From: a cyanobacterium endosymbiont of Braarudosphaera bigelowii
Lineage (GTDB): Bacteria; Cyanobacteriota; Cyanobacteriia; Cyanobacteriales; Microcystaceae
DNA length: 32,000 bases
Assembly (NCBI RefSeq): GCF_020885515.1
Contig: NZ_AP024987.1
Coordinates: 1,350,001 to 1,382,000 of the forward strand
Direction of reading: 5' to 3'
Part shown: piece by piece, positions 1 to 9,895 of the stretch
Layout of the letters: every line of letters starts with the position of its first letter
How positions within the stretch are numbered: the stretch's first letter is position 1
Translations under genes and position numbers: made by a program
Notes under the pieces: model-generated
The model's input: only the letters and a program-made list of their open reading frames with translations
Databases searched by the model: none
What the model was told of the DNA's origin: nothing

Positions 1-1
1 T

Positions 2-64
2 AGTCCGCGAAAAATTAGCTTTAGGTCCTTTGGAATTAGATGTTTGTTCAGAAAATGATAAGTA
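2..64 (+). CDS. 3' end of an unidentified CDS entering from upstream of the window (...VREKLALGPLELDVCSENDK*)
   Basis: Frame 2 has 20 stop-free codons ending at TAA 62-64. G+C is visibly higher than in the AT-rich spacer that follows. Too short to identify. Confidence 0.25.
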
Positions 65-251
65 ATAGAATTCATTTCTTTTTGCTAACAAAAAATATCT
101 ATTTGTCATAAAATAACTTTATCAATAATTATCTAGATTTATTTATAATTAAAAGAACTGTGTTAACATCTTGGATGGTTAATACATAAATAAGTTACTT
201 CCGAAGATAGACAATCAAAGATCTGTGGAGGAGTTTACAGGAGTACTAAGT

Positions 252-1322
252 ATGGTAGATAGACAGCAACCTTTAATCTTACACAAAAACACTTTTGATC
301 CTATTCGTATGGGTGTGATTGGTGTGGGTAATATGGGGCAACATCATAGTCGAATTCTTAGCTTACTAAAAGATGTAGAGTTAGTTGGTGTTTCTGATGT
401 TAGTGTAGAAAGAGGAATTGATATTGCTAGTAAATACCGAGTACGTTTTTTTGAAAATTATTTAGATTTACTTCCTCATATTGATGCAGTTTGCATTGCT
501 GTACCTACTAGGTTACACCATTCTGTTGGAATAGACTGCTTAAATGCTGGAGTTCATACCTTAATAGAAAAACCCATTGCTGCAAGTATAACTGAAGCTG
601 AATCTTTAGTTAACGCAGCAGCAGATTCCAAAGGAATTTTACAAGTAGGTCATATTGAACGATTTAATCCTGCTTTTCAAGAATTGAGCAAAGTATTGAA
701 AACTGAAGAAGTTTTGGCTTTAGAAGCACATAGAATGAGTCCTTATTCGCAAAGAGCTAATGATGTTTCTGTAGTTCTCGATTTAATGATCCACGATATT
801 GATTTATTATTGGAACTAGTAAGTTCAACTGTCGTAAAGCTTACAGCGAGTGGTAGTCGCAGATCTAATTCAGATCACCTTAATTATGTAACAGCCACTC
901 TTGGCTTCGCTAATGGAATAGTAGCAACCTTAACTGCCAGTAAGGTTACTCACTGTAAGATACGTCGTCTTGCAGCTCATTGCGAAAATTGCTTAACTGA
1001 GGCTGATTTTCTTAACAATGATATTCTAATCCATAGACAGACTACGGCTAATTACAGCACAGAATATGGACAAGTATGGTACAGACAAGATGGACTGATA
1101 GAAAAAGTACATACAACTAAGGTAGAGCCACTTCATGCAGAACTAGAACATTTCGTACACTGTATACGTGGAGGAGATCAACCATCTGTAGGTGGGGTAC
1201 AAGCCTTAAAAGCTTTGCGTTTGGCTAGTTCTATTGAACAAATGGCATTAGATGGTAAAATTTGGCAGCAATCTGATATAAATTATCAATATCTTAATCC
1301 TTTATCAAGTAAAACTTTTTGA
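252..1322 (+). CDS. Gfo/Idh/MocA-family NAD(P)-dependent oxidoreductase
   Basis: N-terminal Rossmann motif IRMGVIGVGNMGQHH, then EKP and GHIERFNP motifs typical of the family. I prefer ATG 252 (AGGAG at 239-243, 8 nt upstream) over the GTG at 225 used by the ORF track. Confidence 0.85.
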   Translation: MVDRQQPLILHKNTFDPIRMGVIGVGNMGQHHSRILSLLKDVELVGVSDVSVERGIDIASKYRVRFFENYLDLLPHIDAVCIAVPTRLHHSVGIDCLNAGVHTLIEKPIAASITEAESLVNAAADSKGILQVGHIERFNPAFQELSKVLKTEEVLALEAHRMSPYSQRANDVSVVLDLMIHDIDLLLELVSSTVVKLTASGSRRSNSDHLNYVTATLGFANGIVATLTASKVTHCKIRRLAAHCENCLTEADFLNNDILIHRQTTANYSTEYGQVWYRQDGLIEKVHTTKVEPLHAELEHFVHCIRGGDQPSVGGVQALKALRLASSIEQMALDGKIWQQSDINYQYLNPLSSKTF

Positions 1323-1410
1323 CTATATTAGTTGAAAAAATCATCTCGAAATTAGATTTTTTAATAAAAAACATGAAAAATATCCTTAAATTCTAAAATA
1401 GTAACGAGTA

Positions 1411-1482
<72 letters not shown>

Positions 1483-1498
1483 TCATTAAGACCTATAC

Positions 1499-1527
1499 AT
1501 CATAACATAATCACCTTATAAAAACAA
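1499..1527 (-). promoter_or_regulatory. Putative sigma70-type promoter of tRNA-Val (TTGTTT-17 nt-TATGAT)
   Basis: On the minus strand the -35 TTGTTT is at 1522-1527, followed by a 17-nt spacer and -10 TATGAT at 1499-1504, 16 nt before the mature 5' end. The geometry and -10 hexamer match the predicted tRNA-Leu promoter. AT-rich background makes false positives likely. Confidence 0.3.
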
Positions 1528-1570
1528 TAGTTATTTTTATAAAATATTAATTCAACTTTTAAAAACTATT

Positions 1571-2095
1571 ATGCCTTCTGGCCGTACTCATGATCGTATC
1601 ACTATATTAAGTGTAGTTCCCATTACAATTCTATTTTATTTTGTCTTTCGTCGTAAAGAACTCATGCTATGGTTTAGCTTGTCTTATATTTTTAGTGGAT
1701 TGATGTTTGGACCAGATCTAGATATTTATTCACTACAATATAAACGATGGGGAATAGGTCGTTGGATTTGGTTACCATATCAATATTCTCTTAAGCATCG
1801 TTCTTTTTTCTCCCATGGCTTTTTAATAGGAACAGTAGTTAGATTGATTTACCTTTCCATTATTGTTGTAGTACTTACTATTTTTACAAATATCGTAACT
1901 CAATTGTTTCTGGGATCAGCTTATAATTGGTGGCCTTTACTTATTACAAACTATGGTAAATTAAGAAACCAATATTTAGAAGAAGTAATTACTATATTTT
2001 GGGGCTTAGAATTAGGTGCTATGAGTCATACAACAAGTGATATTTTAGTTACAAATCTTAAACGGTTGAAAACCAAAATATCAAAAACTAAATAA
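1571..2095 (+). CDS. DUF2227/COG2389-like membrane 'metal-binding' protein
   Basis: ATG start. The PSGRTHD, GPDLD and HRSFFSHG motifs plus several hydrophobic helices match my recollection of this family, which is common in cyanobacteria. Function unknown. Confidence 0.7.
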   Translation: MPSGRTHDRITILSVVPITILFYFVFRRKELMLWFSLSYIFSGLMFGPDLDIYSLQYKRWGIGRWIWLPYQYSLKHRSFFSHGFLIGTVVRLIYLSIIVVVLTIFTNIVTQLFLGSAYNWWPLLITNYGKLRNQYLEEVITIFWGLELGAMSHTTSDILVTNLKRLKTKISKTK

Positions 2096-2132
2096 AAAAA
2101 TTACCCGATAAAACTAAGTTAGTATCATCGGG
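2091..2132 (-). terminator. Putative intrinsic terminator of the ndhAIGE operon
   Basis: On the minus strand, about 30 nt after the ndhE stop, a hairpin CCCGAT...ATCGGG (2104-2132, with inner ACTAA/TTAGT pairing) is followed by TAATTTTTTT (seen as an A-run at 2094-2100 on the + strand). Confidence 0.5.
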
Positions 2133-2161
2133 AAAAATAAAGATAATAAATATTTACTATC

Positions 2162-2473
2162 TCACCATTTAAGTAAATTAAACTGTTCCATATCTATGGT
2201 TTCACGGTTTCGATAGATTGACAAAATAATCGCTAAACCAACCGCAGCTTCTGCTGCAGCAACAGTAAGGACAAATATTGTAAAAATCTGTCCTTTAATT
2301 TCCTCTGAATCAAGAAAGTTAGAAAATGCTATTAAGTTTATATTAACAGCATTGAGCATTAATTCTATAGACATCAAAACTCGAACTGCATTACGACTAT
2401 TTACAAGACCGAAAATTCCAATACAAAAAAGAAATGCTGCCAGTAACACATAGGATTCCAACTGTACTGCCAT
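2162..2473 (-). CDS. ndhE: NAD(P)H-quinone oxidoreductase (NDH-1) subunit 4L, NdhE/NuoK
   Basis: 103 aa with three TM helices and the conserved [19 protein letters not shown] segment. It is the last gene of the canonical ndhA-I-G-E order. Confidence 0.95.
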   Translation of the reverse strand: MAVQLESYVLLAAFLFCIGIFGLVNSRNAVRVLMSIELMLNAVNINLIAFSNFLDSEEIKGQIFTIFVLTVAAAEAAVGLAIILSIYRNRETIDMEQFNLLKW

Positions 2474-2506
2474 AAAACCTCATAGTGATGAATAAACTTT
2501 TACTTT

Positions 2507-3130
2507 TTATAAGTCTGAAGACTTATATGAAGACAGTTCCTGTAATTTTTCTTCTGTCAAACGTTCAGGTAACTCTAAAGCAGTCGATATACCTTCACTA
2601 TCATAAATTTCAGGAATCAAATCGCGACGTGCTAGAACAATTGCTCCTACCATCGCTATTAATAGCAAAATAGAAGCTAATTCAAAAGGTAAAAGGAAAT
2701 CACTGAACAAATGTCTTCCTATTTTTATAACCGTACTTTCTAAGACTTCTGGAGAAACAGGTTTCAAGTTCCAGGGAGTCATATAAATCACAGTTGAAAG
2801 TAAAGCAAAAATTCCCCCACATACTATGATACTAGAAACCTGACGTATCGATGTTTTGGATGAATTAGAGTAATCCACTTTTTTATTTACTAGCATAATA
2901 GCAAACAAAATTAAAACATTAATTGCTCCTACATAGATTAAGATTTGTGCTGCTGCTATAAAATCAGCATTTAGAAGAATATATATTCCTGATATTCCTA
3001 TAAAGACTCCTCCTAATAAAAATGCAGAATAAACAATGTTTGACAATAAAACAACGCCTAAAGCAGAGATAATTACTAACCCAGCTAAAATGGCGAAAGA
3101 GACGAGTTGGACTCCTTCTGCTAAATTCAC
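2507..3130 (-). CDS. ndhG: NDH-1 subunit 6, NdhG/NuoJ
   Basis: 207 aa hydrophobic protein with the FLAAAQILIYVGAINVLILFAIML-type motif, located between ndhI and ndhE. Confidence 0.95.
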   Translation of the reverse strand: MNLAEGVQLVSFAILAGLVIISALGVVLLSNIVYSAFLLGGVFIGISGIYILLNADFIAAAQILIYVGAINVLILFAIMLVNKKVDYSNSSKTSIRQVSSIIVCGGIFALLSTVIYMTPWNLKPVSPEVLESTVIKIGRHLFSDFLLPFELASILLLIAMVGAIVLARRDLIPEIYDSEGISTALELPERLTEEKLQELSSYKSSDL

Positions 3131-3222
3131 TATTATTGATACTCCTTTTTCGTTGATTAGTAAAAATTTGATAGATGATAAAAAATTTTGTTTCAGTAAG
3201 AAATTTTTTATCGACTACCATT

Positions 3223-3816
3223 TTATTCAGATAAAGTTTCTGTTTCTTGGACAATCTCTTCAGGTCTTTTACCTGTTCTATGTGACCCTAGTGGTAAATC
3301 ATGAGGATCAAGTACTTCCTTCGGCAAGTAGGCTAATTCTCTTAGAGGTGTAACCATTGGATCTTGTGTAACTTTGTAAGGTAACCTTCCAAGAGCTATG
3401 CTGTCATAATTTAATTCATGACGATCATAAGTAGCTAGCTCATAATCTTCAGTCATGGATAAACAATTTGTAGGACAATATTCCACACAATTACCACAAA
3501 AGATACAAACTCCGAAATCTATACTGTAGTCTTTAAGATCTTTCTTCTTGTTTTCTTTATTGAACTGCCAGTTAACTACGGGAAGATTGATTGGACATGC
3601 TCGAACACATACTTCACAAGCGATACATTTATCGAATTCATGATGAATTCTTCCTCTATATCGTTCTGAAGGAATCAATTTCTCGTAAGGATACTGTACT
3701 GTAATAGGTCGACGACTCATGTGATCGAATGTTACAGACAAACCTTGGCCAATATACTTTGCTGCCTGAATTGTACTTTTAGCGTAGTCACCTACTTGCT
3801 TAAGAACATTAAACAT
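3223..3816 (-). CDS. ndhI: NDH-1 subunit I, NdhI/NuoI (2x[4Fe-4S] ferredoxin-type)
   Basis: Two CxxCxxCxxxCP motifs ([12 protein letters not shown] and [12 protein letters not shown]). The N-terminus matches cyanobacterial/plastid NdhI. Confidence 0.95.
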   Translation of the reverse strand: MFNVLKQVGDYAKSTIQAAKYIGQGLSVTFDHMSRRPITVQYPYEKLIPSERYRGRIHHEFDKCIACEVCVRACPINLPVVNWQFNKENKKKDLKDYSIDFGVCIFCGNCVEYCPTNCLSMTEDYELATYDRHELNYDSIALGRLPYKVTQDPMVTPLRELAYLPKEVLDPHDLPLGSHRTGKRPEEIVQETETLSE

Positions 3817-3848
3817 TTGTTTTTTTCCTACTTCTTTAACGATAAAAA

Positions 3849-4967
3849 TTAACCACCAAATGCTAACGGAAACACTAATTTAAGAGCTGCAGTTACAAGT
3901 AAATTAACCAAAGATATAGGTAAAAGGAATTTCCATCCCAAATCTAATAATTGGTCAATACGTACACGAGGAACAGTCCATCTCATCAAAATTGCGAAAA
4001 AGACTAAAAAATATGCCTTAATAACAGTCATAAAAATTCCTACAGAAGCAATAATTATCTGTAACCAGTAATTATTAGCATTTAGCCCTAACCATTGAGC
4101 CAACTTTTCAAGAGGAATAGGAAACTCCCAGCCCCCCAAGTATAAAATTGCAAAAATAAGAGCAGATAAAACCAAATTAACGTAAGATCCAAGATAAAAA
4201 AGAGCAAACTTCATTCCAGAATACTCAGTTTGATAGCCAGCTACGATTTCTTCTTCGGCCTCAGGTAAATCAAAAGGAAGTCTTTCACACTCGGCTAGTG
4301 CAGCAATCCAAAAAATTACAAACCCAACAGGTTGTCGCCAAATATTCCATCCTAGAATACCGTATCCTGATTGTTGATGTACTATATCTATTGTACTTAA
4401 ACTATTAGACATCATAACAACGGCTAATACAGAAAGGGCTAGAGGAATTTCATAACTAATTGACTGTGCTGCTGCCCTTAAACCTCCTAATAGAGAATAT
4501 TTATTGTTAGAAGCATAACCTGACATTAATAGGCCAATTGGAACAACACTAGACAAAGTTATCCAAAGAAAAATTCCGAGATTGAGATCACTAACAATTA
4601 AATCTTCTCCGAAAGGAACAATTAAATAAGAAACAAAGACTGGAACAACAACTAGTATTGGTCCAATAGTAAATAGCCAAGAATCAGCCTTAGCTGGAAT
4701 AATATCTTCTTTAAAGACCAATTTAATACCATCAGCAACTGGCTGTAATACTCCTAACGGTCCAGCATATTCTGGACCAATACGTTGTTGAACGGCAGCA
4801 GAAATTTTTCTTTCTAGCCAAACTACAACTAAAACACCTACTGTTGCTGCAATAATCATCAAAAAAGATGGCAAAGGGATCCATAAGGCTTTAGCGGCCC
4901 CACTAGGAATCCCAAATTGTTTCAGAGATTCAATAAAATTCGTTTTTAGGTCAATTCCTGTGTTCAT
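3849..4967 (-). CDS. ndhA: NDH-1 subunit 1, NdhA/NuoH
   Basis: 372 aa polytopic membrane protein with the conserved motifs [32 protein letters not shown] and [16 protein letters not shown]. Confidence 0.95.
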   Translation of the reverse strand: MNTGIDLKTNFIESLKQFGIPSGAAKALWIPLPSFLMIIAATVGVLVVVWLERKISAAVQQRIGPEYAGPLGVLQPVADGIKLVFKEDIIPAKADSWLFTIGPILVVVPVFVSYLIVPFGEDLIVSDLNLGIFLWITLSSVVPIGLLMSGYASNNKYSLLGGLRAAAQSISYEIPLALSVLAVVMMSNSLSTIDIVHQQSGYGILGWNIWRQPVGFVIFWIAALAECERLPFDLPEAEEEIVAGYQTEYSGMKFALFYLGSYVNLVLSALIFAILYLGGWEFPIPLEKLAQWLGLNANNYWLQIIIASVGIFMTVIKAYFLVFFAILMRWTVPRVRIDQLLDLGWKFLLPISLVNLLVTAALKLVFPLAFGG

Positions 4968-5341
4968 TACATTCTAACGCTATAAGTTAAGATTGCTAAG
5001 CCTCTTGCTTAGTATATCGTTGGACGTGAGATAATCTTGCGAGCTTTATGGTTAATTTCTGAAAATTGAGCATAAATCTACAATATCTATTTAAGACTTA
5101 GTTTGATTGATTAGGACAATATAATTTTTTATATTTTTAGAGTACCAATATTAATCAATCAAATCTTTCGCGACAGAGAAATAACTTATCCTAGTATTTA
5201 ATTACAGGACTAGTCGTAAATTCGCTATCTTACTACAGAATATTAAACATTGAGACTGTTTGCAAAACTTTACGTTATGCATATAATAATTTCATTTTAA
5301 TATTCATAATTGAAAATTTGATGCTTTTTTAGAAATTTACC

Positions 5342-6268
5342 ATGAAGATTTTAATAACAGGTGCAACAGGATTTTTAGGAACTAGTTTGTGCTCTTTACT
5401 CGAGAGTCAAGGGCATGACTTGGTTTCCTTAAATTCCAAAAATTGTGATCTCACAAAATCAGACTCATTATTAAAATTTAACGATTTAGTCTATGATCAA
5501 GTTTATCATTTAGCAGCTTGGACACAAGCAGGAGACTTTTGTTTATATCATCCAGGTGAACAATGGATAGTGAATCAAAAAATTAATATAAATATCTTAG
5601 ATTGGTGGCAAAAATATCAACCTCAGGCAAAATTTATTTGTATGGGAACAAGTTGTGCCTATGACAACGACTTATCTTTAATAGAAGAGAATTACTTAAC
5701 AGGAATACCTATTAGTAGTTTGTTCACTTATGCTATGACTAAAAGAATGCTTTATGCAGGTCTTTTAGCTTTGAATAAGCAATATTCCTTGAATTATTTG
5801 TGTTTGGTTCCTTCAACTTTATATGGAGCTGGCTATCACACTGACGGTAGACAAATGCATTTTATTTTTGATCTTATCCGTAAGATAATTCGTGGAAAAC
5901 TTTATAACGAACCTGTTATTCTTTGGGGGGATGGTACTCAGTCAAGAGAATTAGTCTTTGTCGAAGATTTTGCAAAGATTGCTATTGAATTAGCTCAATC
6001 CACCAATAATGAATTAATAAATATTGGTGCCGGTGAAGAATATACTATTCGCCATTTTGCTAAGTTGATTTGTAATCAAGTAGGATATGACTTTAATAAA
6101 ATTCAGTTTGATTCTTCTCGATATGTGGGAGCGAAATCTAAATGCTTAGTGATTAATAAGCTTAGACAATCTTTACCTGATTACGACTTAACTCCTTTAG
6201 AATTAGGGTTAACAAAAACAATTGAGTGGTTCTGGCAGGAACAAGAACAACTTGTTCCTATTTATTAA
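5342..6268 (+). CDS. Extended-SDR NAD-dependent epimerase/reductase, GDP-L-fucose-synthase (Fcl)-like
   Basis: GATGFLG dinucleotide motif at the N-terminus, catalytic YAMTK (YxxxK), and a GTSCAY...PSTLYG...WGDGTQSRELVFVEDFA layout resembling Fcl/GER-type enzymes. It is the first gene of the sugar locus. Confidence 0.8.
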   Translation: MKILITGATGFLGTSLCSLLESQGHDLVSLNSKNCDLTKSDSLLKFNDLVYDQVYHLAAWTQAGDFCLYHPGEQWIVNQKININILDWWQKYQPQAKFICMGTSCAYDNDLSLIEENYLTGIPISSLFTYAMTKRMLYAGLLALNKQYSLNYLCLVPSTLYGAGYHTDGRQMHFIFDLIRKIIRGKLYNEPVILWGDGTQSRELVFVEDFAKIAIELAQSTNNELINIGAGEEYTIRHFAKLICNQVGYDFNKIQFDSSRYVGAKSKCLVINKLRQSLPDYDLTPLELGLTKTIEWFWQEQEQLVPIY

Positions 6269-6282
6269 GTGAGGAAGGAACG

Positions 6283-6873
6283 GTGAACTATTGGATTCAA
6301 CATAGATTGAATAACCTAGATAAGGCTTTTAACTCTAGGTATTGTAATGCTCTTGAAAATACTGTTGATTTAGTTGCAAAACAATTTCAAACAGGTAATA
6401 AATTGTTAATTTGTGGAAATGGTGGTTCAGCGGCAGATGCTCAGCATATTGCTGCTGAATTTATAGGAAGGTTTCAACTTCATCGCAGAGGATTACCTGC
6501 CATGGCATTAGGTACAAATCCAGCCGTACTAACAGCATGGTCTAATGATTATGAGTTTGAAACTATTTTTGCTCGCCAGGTGGAAGCTTTTGGAAAACCT
6601 GGTGATATTCTATGGGGGATTTCTACGTCAGGCAAATCTGCTAATATCATTCGCGCAATGGAAATTGCGAGAGAAATAGGACTAATTACGATTGGTATGG
6701 CTGGAAATGATGGAGGAATGTTAAAAGATCTAGCGGATTATCCTTTATTCGTCTCAGAATATCATACTCCATATATTCAAGAGATTCATTTAATTACCTA
6801 CCATAGAATTTGTGAACAAGTGGAAGCTCAATTATTTGCAAAGACTGGTTTGGGAGCGCAAATTGCCGTCTAA
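6283..6873 (+). CDS. gmhA: SIS-domain phosphoheptose isomerase (GmhA-like)
   Basis: GNGGSAADAQHIAAEF and STSGKSANI signatures. I place the start at in-frame GTG 6283, preceded by GAGGAAGGA (6271-6279). This gives 196 aa (typical GmhA length) and removes the 43-nt overlap implied by the ORF-track start 6226. Confidence 0.8.
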   Translation: MNYWIQHRLNNLDKAFNSRYCNALENTVDLVAKQFQTGNKLLICGNGGSAADAQHIAAEFIGRFQLHRRGLPAMALGTNPAVLTAWSNDYEFETIFARQVEAFGKPGDILWGISTSGKSANIIRAMEIAREIGLITIGMAGNDGGMLKDLADYPLFVSEYHTPYIQEIHLITYHRICEQVEAQLFAKTGLGAQIAV

Positions 6874-6880
6874 ATGAAAA

Positions 6881-7453
6881 ATGCTGAATACAATAGCAAC
6901 TTCTACTTCGTATACTTTAGAAAATAAAAAAGCTCTATTTTTAGACAGAGACGGAGTTGTTATTAAGTATATACCCTATCTCTTTAAACTAGAACAAGTA
7001 GAGCTTCCTCTCGGTGCAGGGGAAGCTCTTAAACAATGGCAAGATGCTGGATATTTGTTAATTCTGATAACTAACCAAGCAGGCATAGGAAGAGGCTACT
7101 ACAATTTAAAACATGTTAGAAGTGTACATAATTACATTTGTAAAGAATATAAAAAATTTGGAGTAAATTTTTATGATATCTTCATGTGCCCTCATCACCC
7201 TAATAATAGATGCTCATGTCGTAAACCTTCTCCTCAAATGTTAATTGATGCCTCAATTAAACATAGTATCCTACTGTCTAAATCGTTTTTTATTGGAGAT
7301 TCAATTAGTGACGTTGAATCTGCATTAAATGCAGGTTGTCATCCTATCCTGTTGTTAACTGGTAAAGGACGAGACTCTTTAAAAAAGATAATTAAATATC
7401 CTCATAACATCGAAATTTTTGAGACCTTGCAAGAAACTGTGAAAATAATATAG
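6881..7453 (+). CDS. gmhB: HAD-family D-glycero-D-manno-heptose 1,7-bisphosphate phosphatase (GmhB-like)
   Basis: HAD motif I FLDRDGVV, TNQAGIGRGY, the Zn-loop CPHHPNNRCSCRKP and GDSISD. It starts 7 nt after the gmhA stop. Confidence 0.8.
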   Translation: MLNTIATSTSYTLENKKALFLDRDGVVIKYIPYLFKLEQVELPLGAGEALKQWQDAGYLLILITNQAGIGRGYYNLKHVRSVHNYICKEYKKFGVNFYDIFMCPHHPNNRCSCRKPSPQMLIDASIKHSILLSKSFFIGDSISDVESALNAGCHPILLLTGKGRDSLKKIIKYPHNIEIFETLQETVKII

Positions 7454-7472
7454 TTAGATAAAATAATTAAAT

Positions 7473-8657
7473 ATGAACCGAAATGAAGAGAAACAACTAA
7501 CACCAGTATTTGTATCGTTAGTTCCTAATTTAATGGAAGGTCAAGGACATATAGTTCCTTATCATAAATCTGTAGGTGAAGCCATTTCTCAATTAGGATG
7601 GAAACACTGTGTTGCTGTACCTATTAATAATAAGGTTTATGATTTGCCTGTCAATTGGGATGCATGTTTAAATACTTACGATTTAGAAAAGAAAGGAAGT
7701 TGGTATCATAAACTTTTTCACCTTCAAGAAGTTTGGATATTAGGGAAAAATATTGCTAATTATTTAAATAATAAAGTTGTTGATAAATCAAGACCTCATA
7801 TTTTATTTTTAGAAAGATTTATACATCTACAACTTTTAGCTTTATTTTTATGTCTACTATTAATTCCTACTAACAATTTATCCATCTGGTTGTTGTATCG
7901 CAGAGATACCCATAAGGACAATACCAAAATTATTTATAAAATTCTCAATTATCTTATAAAAATTAGAATAAAGTCAGGTAGGTTTCAACTTCTTACAGAT
8001 AGCGACTTATTAAGTGAGCAACTATCAAATTATTTTCACATACCTGTAAAAGTTTTTCCTATTCCTCATACTGAAGTAAGTTCATTTTTTAATACTCTAA
8101 ACGTTAAATCTGAAATTCTATGTTGGTGGCCAGGATCACCTAGAGAAGAAAAAGGTTGGCAAACTATCAAGAAGTTAGTTAATTATTCTGGAGAAAATAC
8201 GAAAAATATTCATTTTATCTGTTCAGAAGCAGCAAATTTGGAACCTGTTCAGGATGGAGTCAATCTTAAGTTAATTAAAAGTTACTTAACAAGAAAAGAA
8301 TATTATTGTTGGCTTCACCTAAGCCAAGTAATTTTGTTGCCTTATAATTCTTTTGAATATGAATCAAGAACATCAGGTATTTTTACAGAGTGTATTGTTT
8401 CTGGAAAAATACCTTTAGTTACTAACAACACATGGATGTCTCATGAATGTACTAAGTACAATTTAACTGAATTAATTATTGATTGGCATAATCCAGAATA
8501 TGTTTTTGATAGTATAAAAAAAATAGCTGAATCCAATACTATTCAAAATAAAATACAAAATATGCGAGAGAGTTATAAAAATTTTCACAATATCAGTAAT
8601 TATAGTTTGACAATAAAAAATTTATATCAGGAAATGATAATTTCAAATTATGATTAA
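7473..8657 (+). CDS. Highly divergent GT-B-fold glycosyltransferase-like protein (unassigned family)
   Basis: 394 aa. The C-terminal YESRTSGIFTECIVSGKIPLVTNN aligns by eye with the GT4 EGFGLPxLEAMaxGxPVIxSN nucleotide-sugar-binding segment but is strongly degenerate. The stop overlaps the next GT4 start by 8 nt (ATGATTAA). Confidence 0.55.
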   Translation: MNRNEEKQLTPVFVSLVPNLMEGQGHIVPYHKSVGEAISQLGWKHCVAVPINNKVYDLPVNWDACLNTYDLEKKGSWYHKLFHLQEVWILGKNIANYLNNKVVDKSRPHILFLERFIHLQLLALFLCLLLIPTNNLSIWLLYRRDTHKDNTKIIYKILNYLIKIRIKSGRFQLLTDSDLLSEQLSNYFHIPVKVFPIPHTEVSSFFNTLNVKSEILCWWPGSPREEKGWQTIKKLVNYSGENTKNIHFICSEAANLEPVQDGVNLKLIKSYLTRKEYYCWLHLSQVILLPYNSFEYESRTSGIFTECIVSGKIPLVTNNTWMSHECTKYNLTELIIDWHNPEYVFDSIKKIAESNTIQNKIQNMRESYKNFHNISNYSLTIKNLYQEMIISNYD

Positions 8658-9825
8658 AGTCTATATTGATGCAACTTCTGTTCGAAATAAACCAACAGGT
8701 ATTGGCTTTTATACAATTAATTTAATTAACGAGCTATATTATTTAGAAAATACAAGTGACTTAAATTTAAACATTTATTTTCATCCTTCCTTAAAAAATT
8801 GGCTTAGCCGTAATTTTTTGATTCCAAAATTACTAGAACAATATTTAAAAGTGTTACCTTTAAATATCCCAGTCAGCTTAGCTGATTTACTGGCAAAATA
8901 TTCTCCTTTTATATTGTTTTGTTTTAGGAATAATTTAGGTGACATAGATCTTATACATGGAGCAGATCACTACATTTATCCTCATCAGCAAGCAAAAAAA
9001 GTTATAACTATCCACGATCTTACTTTTCTAAAATTTCCAAAATACTCAACTAAAATAGTTAAAAGTTATACCAAAAGAATTAAACAATGTTTAAAGTGGA
9101 CAGATGCGATTATAACTTTTTCAGAAAATACCAAGCAAGATATTGTAGATTTCTTCAATGTTGATCCTAATGTCATATATATTATTCCTCAAGCAAGTCG
9201 ATATTCAAATAATTATTTAACACCTCAAATACTAACCAAATGTATTGTTTCTATAGAAAAACATCTACATAGTCCTTACTTCCTTTTTGTTAGTACACTA
9301 GAACCAAGAAAAAATATTTTAAATTTAATTAAAGCATTTGAATATTTAAAAATTAACTATAGTATTCCTCATAAATTAATACTAATCGGGAAAAAAGGAT
9401 GGGATTATAATTCTATTATTGATTACATAAATAAATCAACCTTTAAGGAAGATATTCAACACTTAGATTATATATCAGATCAATTATTAGCTGTTTTTTA
9501 TAGCCAAGCAGAGGCTTTTATTTATCCATCTTTTTATGAAGGATTTGGGCTGCCTATTTTAGAAGCAATGACGTTAGGAAGCCCTGTTATTACATCTAAC
9601 ACATCTTCCTTACCTGAAGTAGCTGGTAATGCTGCACTATATGTTGATCCTTATGATTACTATCAATTAGCAAAAATGATGTTAAAGATATTAAATAATC
9701 CTGATCTTAGAAAAGAAATGATTAGTCGAGGTAAACAACAAGCTAATAATTTTTCTTGGAAGAATACGGCATTAAAAACTTTAAATGCATATAAATCTGT
9801 TTTAAGTAAAAGTAAAAAATTATAA
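8650..9825 (+). CDS. Glycosyltransferase family 4 (GT-B)
   Basis: Canonical [42 protein letters not shown] motif, and an N-terminal PTGIGFY segment typical of GT4 mannosyl/glucosyltransferases. Confidence 0.9.
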   Translation: MIKVYIDATSVRNKPTGIGFYTINLINELYYLENTSDLNLNIYFHPSLKNWLSRNFLIPKLLEQYLKVLPLNIPVSLADLLAKYSPFILFCFRNNLGDIDLIHGADHYIYPHQQAKKVITIHDLTFLKFPKYSTKIVKSYTKRIKQCLKWTDAIITFSENTKQDIVDFFNVDPNVIYIIPQASRYSNNYLTPQILTKCIVSIEKHLHSPYFLFVSTLEPRKNILNLIKAFEYLKINYSIPHKLILIGKKGWDYNSIIDYINKSTFKEDIQHLDYISDQLLAVFYSQAEAFIYPSFYEGFGLPILEAMTLGSPVITSNTSSLPEVAGNAALYVDPYDYYQLAKMMLKILNNPDLRKEMISRGKQQANNFSWKNTALKTLNAYKSVLSKSKKL

Positions 9826-9895
9826 ATATTTGATTAGGTATAGTTAAAATTTTAGTTATAAATTTCAATTTTCTTGCTAACTATTTACACAACAA

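Noticed and set aside
225-251. N-terminal extensions implied by the ORF track: GTG 225, start 6226 for gmhA, TTG 11013 for ald, TTG 16852 for the kinase, and 20836 for the binding protein
   Set aside because: In each case a downstream start gives a family-typical N-terminus, a better SD or a proper signal peptide. The extensions also create overlaps or odd leader peptides. These remain judgement calls without alignments.
1335-1362. 8-bp A/T hairpin (AAAAAATC...GATTTTTT) after the oxidoreductase gene as a terminator
   Set aside because: The stem is short, almost all A-T, and has a 12-nt loop. It is too weak to call with any confidence.
2485-3353. ORF-track entries 2485-2673 (+), 2964-3254 (-) and 3036-3353 (+)
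   Set aside because: They lie antisense to or out of frame with the strongly conserved ndhG/ndhI genes. Their translations are low-complexity Lys/Phe/Ile strings typical of AT-rich shadow frames.
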